Assembly (NCBI RefSeq): GCF_028673255.1 | Contig: NZ_CP110504.1 | Coordinates: forward strand, 120,001 to 152,000 | Direction: 5' to 3' | DNA length: 32,000 nt | From: Candidatus Saccharimonadota bacterium | GTDB taxonomy: Bacteria > Bacteroidota > Bacteroidia > Flavobacteriales > Blattabacteriaceae | In this document: positions 9,792-18,628 of the stretch, one piece after another | Layout of the letters: each line of letters opens with the position of its first letter | How positions within the stretch are numbered: the first letter of the stretch is position 1 | Translations under genes and position numbers: made by a program | The notes under the pieces: generated by a model | What the model was told of the DNA's origin: nothing | The model's database searches: none | The model's input: only the letters and a program-made list of their open reading frames with translations

Positions 9792-10283
9792 ATGATTATA
9801 ACTTTGATTAAGTATGGAGACCCAATTTTGCATAAAAAATGCAAAAAGATAAACAAACAAAATAACTTGAAAGATAAAAATAACTTGAAAGATATAATTA
9901 TAAAAATGTTTTATCTATTGCTCAAACATAAAGGAGTAGGTTTAGCAGCTACACAAATAGGATTAACTATAAGATTATTTCTAGTTAATTGTTTTGATTC
10001 AAGAAAAATAATCATTTTAAATCCCAGCATAGTAATTACTCATTGTTTTGACAAAGAGTATACTGAAGGATGTTTAAGTATACCTAAAGTTTTTGAACAA
10101 ATTAAAAGAAAGGAAAATATTTTCATTGAATATGTTGACATCAATTGGTATAAACATAAAGTACGCTCAAAAGGTTTTTTAGCAAGAGTAATTTTACATG
10201 AATTTGATCATTTAAATGGAATACTTTTTTTAGATTACTTATACAAATTTCATTCTTCAATTTTCATCACTAAGAATAGTTGA
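9792..10283 (+). CDS. def: Peptide deformylase
   Basis: 163 aa. All three PDF motifs are intact: GVGLAATQIG, EGCLSIP, HEFDHLNG. The 3' end overlaps the convergent rplT by 27 nt. Confidence 0.9.
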   Translation: MIITLIKYGDPILHKKCKKINKQNNLKDKNNLKDIIIKMFYLLLKHKGVGLAATQIGLTIRLFLVNCFDSRKIIILNPSIVITHCFDKEYTEGCLSIPKVFEQIKRKENIFIEYVDINWYKHKVRSKGFLARVILHEFDHLNGILFLDYLYKFHSSIFITKNS

Positions 10284-10568
10284 TATAGTTTTTCTATTTA
10301 ATTTAATATTATTGTTTTTTAAAATATTAACAAATTTAGAATAATTGAAACCAAATTTTCTTACAGCAGCATTTATTCGTATAATCCATAATTTTCTAAA
10401 GTTACGTTTTTTTTGTTTTCTTCCAATATAAGAACAATATAATGCTTTTTCTACCGCATTTTTTGCTACAGTATATAATTTCCTTCTTGCCCCATAAAAT
10501 CCCTTCGCTTTATTTAAAATTTGTTTTCTTCTTTTTTTAGCTGCAACCACATTTACAGATCTTGGCAT
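10257..10568 (-). CDS. rplT: 50S ribosomal protein L20
   Basis: 103 aa. The N-terminus MPRSVNVVAAKKRRKQILNKAKGFYGARRKLY is a typical L20 N-terminus. It sits in the infC-rpmI-rplT order. Confidence 0.9.
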   Translation of the reverse strand: MPRSVNVVAAKKRRKQILNKAKGFYGARRKLYTVAKNAVEKALYCSYIGRKQKKRNFRKLWIIRINAAVRKFGFNYSKFVNILKNNNIKLNRKTISTILSDEN

Positions 10569-10569
10569 T

Positions 10570-10761
10570 TTATAAGAATAAATTTTTTTTTATCGATCTT
10601 TTAATAGAATTTTTTATTATAGAAAAATTTGACAATCTTCTTTTTCTTTTTTTTGATTTTTTAGTTAATATATGATTTTTAAAAGCCTTTTTTCTCTTTA
10701 TAAAACCATTACTAGTTATTTTAAATCTTTTTTTATAACTAGATTTTCTTTTTAATTTCAT
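10570..10761 (-). CDS. rpmI: 50S ribosomal protein L35
   Basis: 63 aa, highly basic, with KKRFKITSNGFIKRKKAFKNHILTKKS. Its ATG overlaps the infC TGA stop as ATGA. Confidence 0.85.
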   Translation of the reverse strand: MKLKRKSSYKKRFKITSNGFIKRKKAFKNHILTKKSKKRKRRLSNFSIIKNSIKRSIKKNLFL

Positions 10762-11297
10762 GTCTTTTTAAGTGTATTTTGTTTCGGACTTAAAACAATA
10801 AACATTTTTTTTCCATCCATTCTTGGAGGTAGTTCTACTTTAATGAAAGTACTAAGTAAGTCAATACATTTTAATAACATTTTTTCTCCTAAATCTTTAG
10901 AAATGATACTTCTTCCTTTGAAAAAAATAGAAAATTTAACCTTATTTTTTAATATTAAAAATTTTTTTGCATGTTCTATTTTAAAAGATAAATCATGAGA
11001 ATTAGTATAAGAAGTTAATCTAATTTCTTTAGTCAATCTTAAATTTTTTTTTAGTTTTTTTTTCTTTAACTTATATAAAAATTTTTTAAAATTCATTACT
11101 TTACAAATTGTAGCTTTTGGATTAATTTCTACTAAATCTAAAGCAAGTTTTTTAGCTATTTTTAATGCCTTTTTTAGTGTATAAACTTTTGACTCAATTT
11201 TTTCTCCAACTAATCTAACTTTTTTAGATTTTATCTCTGAATTAATTTTATAATTTTTGTATTTCTTCTTAAAAGATTCTATGTTTTTTCTTTTAAT
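10758..11297 (-). CDS. infC: Translation initiation factor IF-3, probably with a non-AUG start (ATT at 11297..11295; ATA 11282..11280 is an alternative)
   Basis: The track ORF begins at Met 11096. The same frame stays open upstream to a TAA at 11309..11307 and encodes the conserved IF-3 N-domain: INSEIKSKKVRLVGEKIESKVYTLKKALKIAKKLALDLVEINPKATICKVMNFKKFLY. There is no in-frame ATG upstream, so a non-canonical start is required. AUU is the classic infC start in E. coli. Confidence 0.85.
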   Translation of the reverse strand: MKRKNIESFKKKYKNYKINSEIKSKKVRLVGEKIESKVYTLKKALKIAKKLALDLVEINPKATICKVMNFKKFLYKLKKKKLKKNLRLTKEIRLTSYTNSHDLSFKIEHAKKFLILKNKVKFSIFFKGRSIISKDLGEKMLLKCIDLLSTFIKVELPPRMDGKKMFIVLSPKQNTLKKT

Positions 11298-11344
11298 TCT
11301 TTTCTTTTAATATTAATCTTTTTCTTTTAATTCTTTTCTTTTAA
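11287..11344. repeat. Exact 24-nt direct repeat (tttcttttaattcttttcttttaa) at 11287..11310 and 11321..11344, period 34 nt
   Basis: Read directly from the sequence. The downstream copy (minus-strand sense) contains the candidate ATT start of infC and the in-frame TAA that closes the frame upstream. Confidence 0.9.
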
Positions 11345-11499
11345 AGAATTCCTTCTGAAGCTTGTAAATTGTAAATTCATAAAATTTAATTATTTAATTG
11401 TTTGTTTTTCTTTTCATTAAGTAAATTTAAAGAAATAGATTATGCTTTTTATTGTACAAAATCTAAAACTTTATTCCTAAGTAAAACATATTCTTTTAT

Positions 11500-13380
11500 T
11501 TATTTTACTTCTTCATAATCAACATCTTGTACTTGCGAATCAACATCTTTCTTATCTCTTTTATTAGATTGATTATTGGTTTGGTTCTTATTAAAAATTT
11601 CTTGTGATGTAGCCCAAAAATTATTAATTTTTTCTATGTAAGTATCTATATCTAACATTTGTTTTAGATTGATTGCTTCTTTTAATTTTAATAAATAACC
11701 TTCAATTATTTTAATTTTATTTTTGGTTAATTTCTTTCCATATTCTTTCATGTATTTTTCAGAACTAAAAATTAGTGTATCAGCAGTATTAATTTTTTCT
11801 ATTTCTTTTTTTATCTTTTCATCTTTTTCATAATTTTTTTCTGCTTCTTTTTTCATTCTTTCTATCTCTTCTTTACCTAAGCCAGAGGAAGCTTGAATTC
11901 TAATTGTTTGTTCTCTACCAGTTCCTTTATCTTTAGCAGAAACATTTAAAATACCATTAGCATCAAGATCGAAAATTACTTCTATTTGAGGAACTCCTCT
12001 TGGTGCTGGTGGAATGTCAACTAAATCAAATCGACCAATTTCTTTATTATCATTAAACAAAGGTCTTTCTCCTTGTCCAACTCTAACAGTTACAGCAGAT
12101 TGGTTAGCAGTCGCTGTCGAAAATATCTCTGATTTTCTAGTTGGTATCGTGGTGTTAGACTGTATCAATTTGGTAAAAACACCTCCTAATGTTTCGATTC
12201 CTAAAGATAATGGCGTAACATCTAATAACAAAACATCTTTTACATCCCCACCTAATACTCCTCCTTGAATAGCTGCGCCAATAGCTACTACTTCATCTGG
12301 ATTAACTCCTTTTGATGGAATTCTTTTAAAGAATTTTTCTACTTCTTCTTGAATTTTGGGTATTCTAGTTGAGCCACCTACTAAAAGAACTTCATCTATA
12401 TCTTTTGCATTTAAATCAGCTGCTGTTAATGCATCTTTACAAGGATTAATAGATCTTTTAATTAAAGGCTCAGATAATTTTTCAAATTTTGCTCTTGTTA
12501 ATGTTTTTACTAAATGTTTTGGTCCTGTTGGAGTAGCAGTTATATAAGGTAAATTAATTTCTGTTTTAGTAGTAGAAGAGAGTTCAATTTTTGCTTTTTC
12601 TGCAGATTCTTTTAATCTTTGATAAGCAATAGCATCATCAGCTAGATTAATTCCTTGCTCCTCTTTAAATTCTTTTATTAACCAATTCATAAGAATTTTA
12701 TCAAAGTCATCACCTCCTAAATGAGTGTCTCCATTTGTGGATAATACTTCAAATACTCCATCTCCTAATTCCAAAATTGAAATATCAAAAGTTCCTCCTC
12801 CTAAATCATAAACTACTATTTTTTTATTTTGATTGTTTTTATCTAAACCATAAGCTAATGCAGCTGCTGTTGGTTCATTAATAATTCTTTCTACTTCTAA
12901 ACCAGCAATTTCACCAGCTTCTTTAGTTGCTTGACGTTGAGAATCATTAAAATAGGCAGGAACTGTAACTACTGCTTTTGTCACTTTATATCCTAAGTAG
13001 TCTTCTGCAGTTTTTTTCATTTTTTGAAGTACCATTGCAGAAATTTCTTGTGGAGAATATAATTTATTTACGATTTTTACTCTTGGAGTATCGTTTTCAC
13101 CTTTAACTATTTTGTAAGGTACATATTTTAATTCGTCAATTACTTCAGAATATTTTCTTCCCATAAAACGTTTAATAGAAAATATTGTATTTTTAGGATT
13201 AGTTACTGCTTGGCGTTTAGCTGGATCACCTACTTTAATTTCTCCTCCTTCTGTAAAAGCTATAATAGAAGGTGTCGTACGTTTACCTTCTGCATTCTGT
13301 ATAACAGTTGGTCCATTTACTTCAATTACTGAAACACAAGAATTAGTAGTACCTAAATCTATACCTATTATTTTATTCAT
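11500..13380 (-). CDS. dnaK: Molecular chaperone DnaK (Hsp70)
   Basis: 626 aa. Hsp70 signatures are present: [39 protein letters not shown]. Confidence 0.98.
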   Translation of the reverse strand: MNKIIGIDLGTTNSCVSVIEVNGPTVIQNAEGKRTTPSIIAFTEGGEIKVGDPAKRQAVTNPKNTIFSIKRFMGRKYSEVIDELKYVPYKIVKGENDTPRVKIVNKLYSPQEISAMVLQKMKKTAEDYLGYKVTKAVVTVPAYFNDSQRQATKEAGEIAGLEVERIINEPTAAALAYGLDKNNQNKKIVVYDLGGGTFDISILELGDGVFEVLSTNGDTHLGGDDFDKILMNWLIKEFKEEQGINLADDAIAYQRLKESAEKAKIELSSTTKTEINLPYITATPTGPKHLVKTLTRAKFEKLSEPLIKRSINPCKDALTAADLNAKDIDEVLLVGGSTRIPKIQEEVEKFFKRIPSKGVNPDEVVAIGAAIQGGVLGGDVKDVLLLDVTPLSLGIETLGGVFTKLIQSNTTIPTRKSEIFSTATANQSAVTVRVGQGERPLFNDNKEIGRFDLVDIPPAPRGVPQIEVIFDLDANGILNVSAKDKGTGREQTIRIQASSGLGKEEIERMKKEAEKNYEKDEKIKKEIEKINTADTLIFSSEKYMKEYGKKLTKNKIKIIEGYLLKLKEAINLKQMLDIDTYIEKINNFWATSQEIFNKNQTNNQSNKRDKKDVDSQVQDVDYEEVK

Positions 13381-13464
13381 GTTCTTTGTTTTTAAGAAAT
13401 AAAACTTTAAGAGTTAAGATCATATAAAAAATATATAATATTCTTTTATATTAAAGAAGATCAT

Positions 13465-13884
13465 ATGAAAATGATAAAAACAAATCTAGAAATTAATTGG
13501 TATCTTATTAATGCATTTGACAAACGTCTAGGACGTTTAGCATCAATTATTGCTCATATAATTATTGGAAAACATAAAATAAACTTTTCACCTAATTTTC
13601 TTGGTGGTGATAAAGTTATTATTATTAACGCAAAAACTATAACTTTAACTGGAAAAAAAAATAAGAATAAAACATATATTAGTTACAGTGGATATCCAGG
13701 TGGTCAAAAGGTCAAGAAAGCTTCAGACTTAATAAAAAAAAAACCTGAGTTCATAATTAGAAAAGCAGTGCTCGGGATGTTACCAAAAAATTCTTTAAAA
13801 AAAAAAATGATCAAAAATTTATATATATTTAATGACAATATACAGAAATTTCAAAACATTAGTAACATTAAATATTTGAATTAA
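13465..13884 (+). CDS. rplM: 50S ribosomal protein L13
   Basis: 139 aa, with WYLINAFDKRLGRLASIIAHIIIGKHK. It lies in an rplM-rpsI pair. The start could be Met 13471 instead. Confidence 0.9.
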   Translation: MKMIKTNLEINWYLINAFDKRLGRLASIIAHIIIGKHKINFSPNFLGGDKVIIINAKTITLTGKKNKNKTYISYSGYPGGQKVKKASDLIKKKPEFIIRKAVLGMLPKNSLKKKMIKNLYIFNDNIQKFQNISNIKYLN

Positions 13885-14246
13885 TGAAAAATTATAATGC
13901 TGTCGGACGTAGAAAAACAGCAGTTGCTAGATTATATCTTAAGCCTGGCACTGGAAAATTTCTAATTAATAAGAAAATGAATTTTCAAAATATAATTTTT
14001 TATCCATTAGAGTTAACCAATACTCGTGGAAAATTTGATATTTCTATTACTATATCTGGGGGTGGTTTAAAAAGTCAAACTGAAGCTATTTTGTTAGCAC
14101 TATCTAGAAGTTTATGTAAATTTAATAAATCATATCGCAAAATATTAAAAAAAAATAAGTTACTAACTCGTGATTCTCGAGTTGTAGAACGTAAAAAATA
14201 TGGTAAAAAGAAAGCTAGAAAAAAATTTCAATTTTCAAAAAGATAA
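13884..14246 (+). CDS. rpsI: 30S ribosomal protein S9
   Basis: 120 aa. It has GRRKTAVARLYLKPGTG and GGGLKSQTEAILLALSR, with a C-terminal ...FQFSKR. Confidence 0.9.
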   Translation: MKNYNAVGRRKTAVARLYLKPGTGKFLINKKMNFQNIIFYPLELTNTRGKFDISITISGGGLKSQTEAILLALSRSLCKFNKSYRKILKKNKLLTRDSRVVERKKYGKKKARKKFQFSKR

Positions 14247-14247
14247 T

Positions 14248-14979
14248 ATGTATAATTTAAAATTTTCTAAGTTTTTAAAATCAGGTGTCCATTTTGGTCA
14301 TTCGACATCTAAATGGAACCCTAAAATAAACCATTATTTATTAATGCAAAAAAAAGGAATACATATTATAGATCTTTATAAAACTAAAAAAAAAATATAT
14401 TCTTCATGCCTATTCTTAAAGAAAATTACTGCATCAGGTAAGATAGTTTTATTTGTAGGAACAAAAGAACAAGCAAAGAAAATAATTGCTTATTATGCCA
14501 ACAATATTAATATGCCTTATATTAATGAACGTTGGATTGGAGGTTTATTAACTAATTTTTCGACAATACGAGAATCAATTTATAAAATGAATATGATCAA
14601 ACAAAATAAATATTCAGGCTTATATAATTTAATTTCTAAAAAAGAAAGATTACTCATTTCACGACTTTATACAAAGTTAAAAAAGAACTTAGGCTCTGTT
14701 AGGAACCTCAACTTTATTCCAGATTGTATAGTAATTATTGATATAAATAAAGAACAAGCGGCAGTTAAAGAAGCTTTAAAATTAGGAATTCCAATTGTTG
14801 GAATAGTCGACACAAATTCTGACCCAGAGAAAATGAATTTTCCAATTCCTGCTAATGATGATAATTCAAAGTCTATTAACCTTATTTTGTATTACATAGC
14901 TAATGCAATTGAAAGTGGTGTACATTTATATTTAAGTAATAAGAAAAATACCCACGTTTTAGTAAACCAACAATATTAA
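14248..14979 (+). CDS. rpsB: 30S ribosomal protein S2
   Basis: The conserved S2 N-terminus LKSGVHFGHSTSKWNPK begins just after Met 14248. The track start at 14200 would overlap rpsI by 47 nt, so I prefer the in-frame ATG at 14248. Also present: FVGTK, ERWIGGLLTN, PIVGIVDTNSDP. Confidence 0.9.
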   Translation: MYNLKFSKFLKSGVHFGHSTSKWNPKINHYLLMQKKGIHIIDLYKTKKKIYSSCLFLKKITASGKIVLFVGTKEQAKKIIAYYANNINMPYINERWIGGLLTNFSTIRESIYKMNMIKQNKYSGLYNLISKKERLLISRLYTKLKKNLGSVRNLNFIPDCIVIIDINKEQAAVKEALKLGIPIVGIVDTNSDPEKMNFPIPANDDNSKSINLILYYIANAIESGVHLYLSNKKNTHVLVNQQY

Positions 14980-14980
14980 T

Positions 14981-15625
14981 ATGCAACCAACAATATTAAA
15001 AAATATTAAGAAATTAAGAAAAATTACTAGTGCATCTGTAATGGAATGTAAACAAGCAATTATTTTTTCAAAAGGAAATATCAATTTAGGAATTTCTTAT
15101 TTAATTCATAAATCAAATAAGCAAGCGAGAACAACACGAACAAAAACCAAATTCAAAAGAAATTTCATTTTATGCAGAAGAAATAAAACCAAAACTAAAA
15201 TTATAGCTATCATTCTTTCTACAGAAACTGATTTTGTAACTAAAAACGATCTGTTTCAAAAATTATCTACTTTTATTTTGGAAGTTGCTTGTCTTTGTAA
15301 TAACAAATCTGAAATACTAAAATATAAAATTAATAATTTGAGTTTATTTCAAATAATAACTTATTTCTCAAAAAGTATTATTCAAGAAAACATTGAGTTC
15401 AAAACTTTTGTTTTTATAAAAACCTCTTTTATTAATTTTTATATATATCATAATTTTAATCAAGCTGCGATAATAGGGTTTTCAAATTATCTCCCAGGAA
15501 TTGAATATATCTCAAAATATCTGGCAATGCAATTAGTTGCTAACGAGAACAAAATTAACACATATGTTAGAAATAACATTATAAAATTCTTGAACTTAAA
15601 ACATATAACATATAAAATTCTTTAA
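14981..15625 (+). CDS. tsf: Elongation factor Ts, short form
   Basis: 214 aa. The N-terminal UBA-like block IKKLRKITSASVMECKQAI and the core block STETDFVTKNDLFQ are recognisable. The remainder is poorly conserved. The position after rpsB is canonical. Confidence 0.75.
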   Translation: MQPTILKNIKKLRKITSASVMECKQAIIFSKGNINLGISYLIHKSNKQARTTRTKTKFKRNFILCRRNKTKTKIIAIILSTETDFVTKNDLFQKLSTFILEVACLCNNKSEILKYKINNLSLFQIITYFSKSIIQENIEFKTFVFIKTSFINFYIYHNFNQAAIIGFSNYLPGIEYISKYLAMQLVANENKINTYVRNNIIKFLNLKHITYKIL

Positions 15626-15645
15626 CTTAAGAAAATAAATTCTTT

Positions 15646-15732
15646 TACCTAGAGTGGGATTTGAACCCACACAGCTTTTTACAAGCTCCAGGATTTTAAG
15701 TCCTGTGTGTATACCAATTTCACCATCCAGGC
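15646..15732 (-). tRNA. tRNA-Leu (anticodon TAA), type II with a long variable arm
   Basis: The reverse complement is gcctggatggtgaaattggtatacacacaggacttaaaatcctggagcttgtaaaaagctgtgtgggttcaaatcccactctaggta. The anticodon arm is cagga-cttaaaa-tcctg, the variable arm agctt/aagct, and the T arm gtggg-ttcaaat-cccac. Confidence 0.9.
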
Positions 15733-15749
15733 TGAATTAGCAAAAACTC

Positions 15750-15823
15750 AGCGAGAAACGGGATTTGAACCCGCGACCATTACCTTGGCAAGGTAATGCT
15801 CTACCAACCTGAGCTATTCTCGC
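15750..15823 (-). tRNA. tRNA-Gly (anticodon GCC)
   Basis: The reverse complement is gcgagaatagctcaggttggtagagcattaccttgccaaggtaatggtcgcgggttcaaatcccgtttctcgct. The anticodon loop is ttgccaa and the acceptor is gcgagaa/ttctcgc. Confidence 0.9.
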
Positions 15824-15924
15824 ATACTAAAATATTGTAAATGCATTTGAGACTTGTTTGCTCAGAAGTCATCTGGAGAATATTACAATTAATTGATTTA
15901 CGTTATACCACCGACAACAAAGAA

Positions 15925-15946
15925 AGGATTTTTTATAAGTAATCCT
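15925..15946 (-). terminator. Candidate intrinsic terminator downstream of mutS
   Basis: The hairpin is aggatt (15925..15930) paired with aatcct (15941..15946) around a 10-nt loop. On the minus strand it is followed by ttctttgtt. The stem is only 6 bp, so the call is weak. Confidence 0.35.
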
Positions 15947-15997
15947 CTACAGATATCTTATTTCTCTCGAGATTTATTTCTATATTTTTTAATATGT

Positions 15998-18574
15998 TTA
16001 TTTATTTTCTTGTTTTTTCAAAATAAATTTTATATGTTTTAAAAAGCTTTGAGCACTCGCAAGAGTAAGAGTATTTATGTTTAAGTTTTCAATATTTTTT
16101 TTAATTATTTTGTATTTTATATGCGAATTAATTTTTTTCATTTGTTTTAAACAAGTCATAATTTTTTTTGATCTTTCTATTATTGTCTTAGGTATCCCTG
16201 CAATTTTAGCAACATTAATTCCGTAGCTATTTTTGCACCCAAATGGTAATAATTTTCTTGTATATATAATTTGCTTATTTATTTTTTTTACTGATATGCT
16301 TCTATTTCTTATTCTAATATAATAATTTTTCATATTATTTAATTCATGATAATGAGTAGAAAATAATACAAATGGTTGGTTCGGATGATTATGCAAAAAT
16401 TCTATGATTGCCCAGGCAATCGAAATTCCGTCATAAGTACTAGTTCCTCTCCCAATTTCATCTAGCAATATAAGACTTCTTTCAGATATATTATTTAGTA
16501 TGCTAGCTGTTTCATTCATTTCATTCATAAATGTTGATTCTCCAATTGAAATATTATCTGATGCTCCAACTCTTATAAAAATTTTTTCTATTATACCAAT
16601 TTCTGCATAACTTGCAGGAATATAACTCCCTACTTGAGCCATTATAATAATAATTGCAATTTTGCGTAATATAGCTGATTTTCCTGCCATATTTGGACCA
16701 GTTATTATAAATATTTGTTGTTCGTTTTTTTTAAACAAAATATCATTTGCTATATAAGTTATTGCTTTAGCACCTTGCGAATGTATTTGTGCTTCGATTA
16801 CTGGATGACGCCCATCTTTTATATAAAGATTAAAACTATTATTAACTTTAGGACATATGTAATTATTTTGTTTAGCACATATTGCTAGAGAAATCATTAC
16901 ATCTATTTTTGCTATTACTTTTGCGTTTCTTTGATTATATTTTACATTTTCTAATAACAAACATGTTAGATCTTCCAATATTTTACTTTCTATTTTTAGA
17001 ATAGATTCTTGTGCAAGTTTTATTTTTATTTCATGATTTTTTAATTCTTCTGATATATATCTTTCTACCTTAGCTAATGTTTGTTGTATTTTCCAGTGTT
17101 TGGGCACCTTGATCTTTTTGGTTGGTTTTTTAATTTCTATATAATAGCCAAATATATGATTCGAGTTTATTTTTATATTTTTTATTCCTGTTTGTTTTCT
17201 TTCTCTCTCACATATTTTTAATATTGTTTGTTCTCTCTCAATTACTAGAGTTCTTAATTTGTCCAATTCTTTTGATATTCCGGGTTTTATTACATTTATT
17301 TTCTTTGGTGCTTCTTCATATAAGACTTTTTCAATTGTATTATATAATTTGTTACAATTAATAATTTCTTTTGCCAAGTTTTTAAGAATATTACTACTTG
17401 ATCTGCTCAGGATTTTTTTTATTTCTATTATATTCTTTATACTTTTTTTTAATAATAATAAATCATATGGATTTGCTCTTAAGTTCACTATTTTAGCTGA
17501 TAATCTTTCTAAATCAGATATTTTTTTTAGTTTGTTTCTTATAGATTTTATTATTTGTTTTTGGTTTAAAAATTCATATAATATATTCTGTCGATAATGA
17601 ATTTTGTTTATATCTTTAAGAGGAAATATTAGCCATTTCTTTAGTAATCTACCTCCCATTGGACTCTTGGTAAAATCCAACACTTTTAATAATGTTAAAG
17701 CGTCTTCATTTTTAGATGAAATGATTTCTAAATTTTCTAAAGAAAAATTATCTATATTAAGAGAGTTCTCTAAACTAATTTTTTTAATACAATTAATATG
17801 GGATATTTTATAATTACAGATATTACAGACATAAGAGCAAATTGCACCTGCAGAAGATATACCAAGCCCAAGTTTTTGTATATTAAACCCCTTTAAAGAA
17901 TTAGTTTTGAAGTGTTGGATTAAATATTTATAAGAAGAATCAAAATCAAAAACAAAATCTTCTAATCCTTGTAAATGGATATTTTTACTTAAAATATTAT
18001 TATTTAAAATAGATTTAATATCTTTTTCTTTTTTTTGTGGACAAATTATTTCCTTAGGTAAAAATTTATTAAGAATTATATTAATGTAATTTTGGTTACC
18101 TTCTCCCACTAAGAATTCACCAGTTGAAATATCTAAAAAAGAAATACCAAGTTGGGTTTTATAATTTTTATAAAATATTGCACATAAAAAATTGTTTTTT
18201 TTAGCATCTAACACGTCACTATTAGTCACGACACCTGGGGTAATAATTTCGGTTACTCCTCTTTTTAAAAGTCCTCTCTCTTTTGTATTTTTTTTTTCTA
18301 GTTCCTCACAAATCGCAATTTTGAATCCTGCTTTAACTAATTTAGGTAAATAATTATTTATAGAATGGTGAGGAAAACCTGCCAATTCCACATGCGAGTT
18401 GGTATTACCCTTATTTTTACGTTTAGTTAAAACAATATTTAATACTTTCGAACATTTTATAGCATCTGTTCCAAACATTTCGTAAAAATCACCTACTCTA
18501 AATAATATAATTGTATTAGTGAATTTTTTTTTTATTTCATTATATTGTTTAATTAAAGGAGTTATTATCTTCAT
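15998..18574 (-). CDS. mutS: DNA mismatch repair protein MutS
   Basis: 858 aa. It has the mismatch-binding GDFYEMF motif, Walker A GPNMAGKS, STFMNEMNE and DEIGRGTSTYDG. It is full length and looks intact. Confidence 0.95.
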   Translation of the reverse strand: MKIITPLIKQYNEIKKKFTNTIILFRVGDFYEMFGTDAIKCSKVLNIVLTKRKNKGNTNSHVELAGFPHHSINNYLPKLVKAGFKIAICEELEKKNTKERGLLKRGVTEIITPGVVTNSDVLDAKKNNFLCAIFYKNYKTQLGISFLDISTGEFLVGEGNQNYINIILNKFLPKEIICPQKKEKDIKSILNNNILSKNIHLQGLEDFVFDFDSSYKYLIQHFKTNSLKGFNIQKLGLGISSAGAICSYVCNICNYKISHINCIKKISLENSLNIDNFSLENLEIISSKNEDALTLLKVLDFTKSPMGGRLLKKWLIFPLKDINKIHYRQNILYEFLNQKQIIKSIRNKLKKISDLERLSAKIVNLRANPYDLLLLKKSIKNIIEIKKILSRSSSNILKNLAKEIINCNKLYNTIEKVLYEEAPKKINVIKPGISKELDKLRTLVIEREQTILKICERERKQTGIKNIKINSNHIFGYYIEIKKPTKKIKVPKHWKIQQTLAKVERYISEELKNHEIKIKLAQESILKIESKILEDLTCLLLENVKYNQRNAKVIAKIDVMISLAICAKQNNYICPKVNNSFNLYIKDGRHPVIEAQIHSQGAKAITYIANDILFKKNEQQIFIITGPNMAGKSAILRKIAIIIIMAQVGSYIPASYAEIGIIEKIFIRVGASDNISIGESTFMNEMNETASILNNISERSLILLDEIGRGTSTYDGISIAWAIIEFLHNHPNQPFVLFSTHYHELNNMKNYYIRIRNRSISVKKINKQIIYTRKLLPFGCKNSYGINVAKIAGIPKTIIERSKKIMTCLKQMKKINSHIKYKIIKKNIENLNINTLTLASAQSFLKHIKFILKKQENK

Positions 18575-18615
18575 CTTTTTATATAGTTTTTAATTAAATG
18601 AGTTTTTATCTTCAT
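18546..18615 (-). repeat. Direct duplication of the mutS translation start region; the upstream copy forms a 14-codon uORF
   Basis: 18546..18574 (tgtttaattaaaggagttattatcttcat) and 18587..18615 (tttttaattaaatgagtttttatcttcat) match at 26 of 29 positions, offset 41 nt. The upstream ATG 18615..18613 opens MKIKTHLIKNYIKR, which ends in a TGA that overlaps the mutS ATG as ATGA. Confidence 0.8.
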
Positions 18616-18628
18616 CTTTATCTTCAGT

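Noticed and set aside
13416-13475. The apparent duplication of the rplM start context (aagatcatat at 13416 and at 13457), again with a 41-nt offset as at mutS.
   Set aside because: Only about 10-14 nt match. With this A/T bias, my rough estimate is that dozens of local 10-mer matches are expected by chance in 32 kb, so this is not significant.
14200-14247. The upstream start for rpsB given by the ORF track (Met at 14200).
   Set aside because: It would overlap the end of rpsI by 47 nt and add 16 non-conserved residues. The in-frame ATG at 14248 sits right before the conserved S2 N-terminus.
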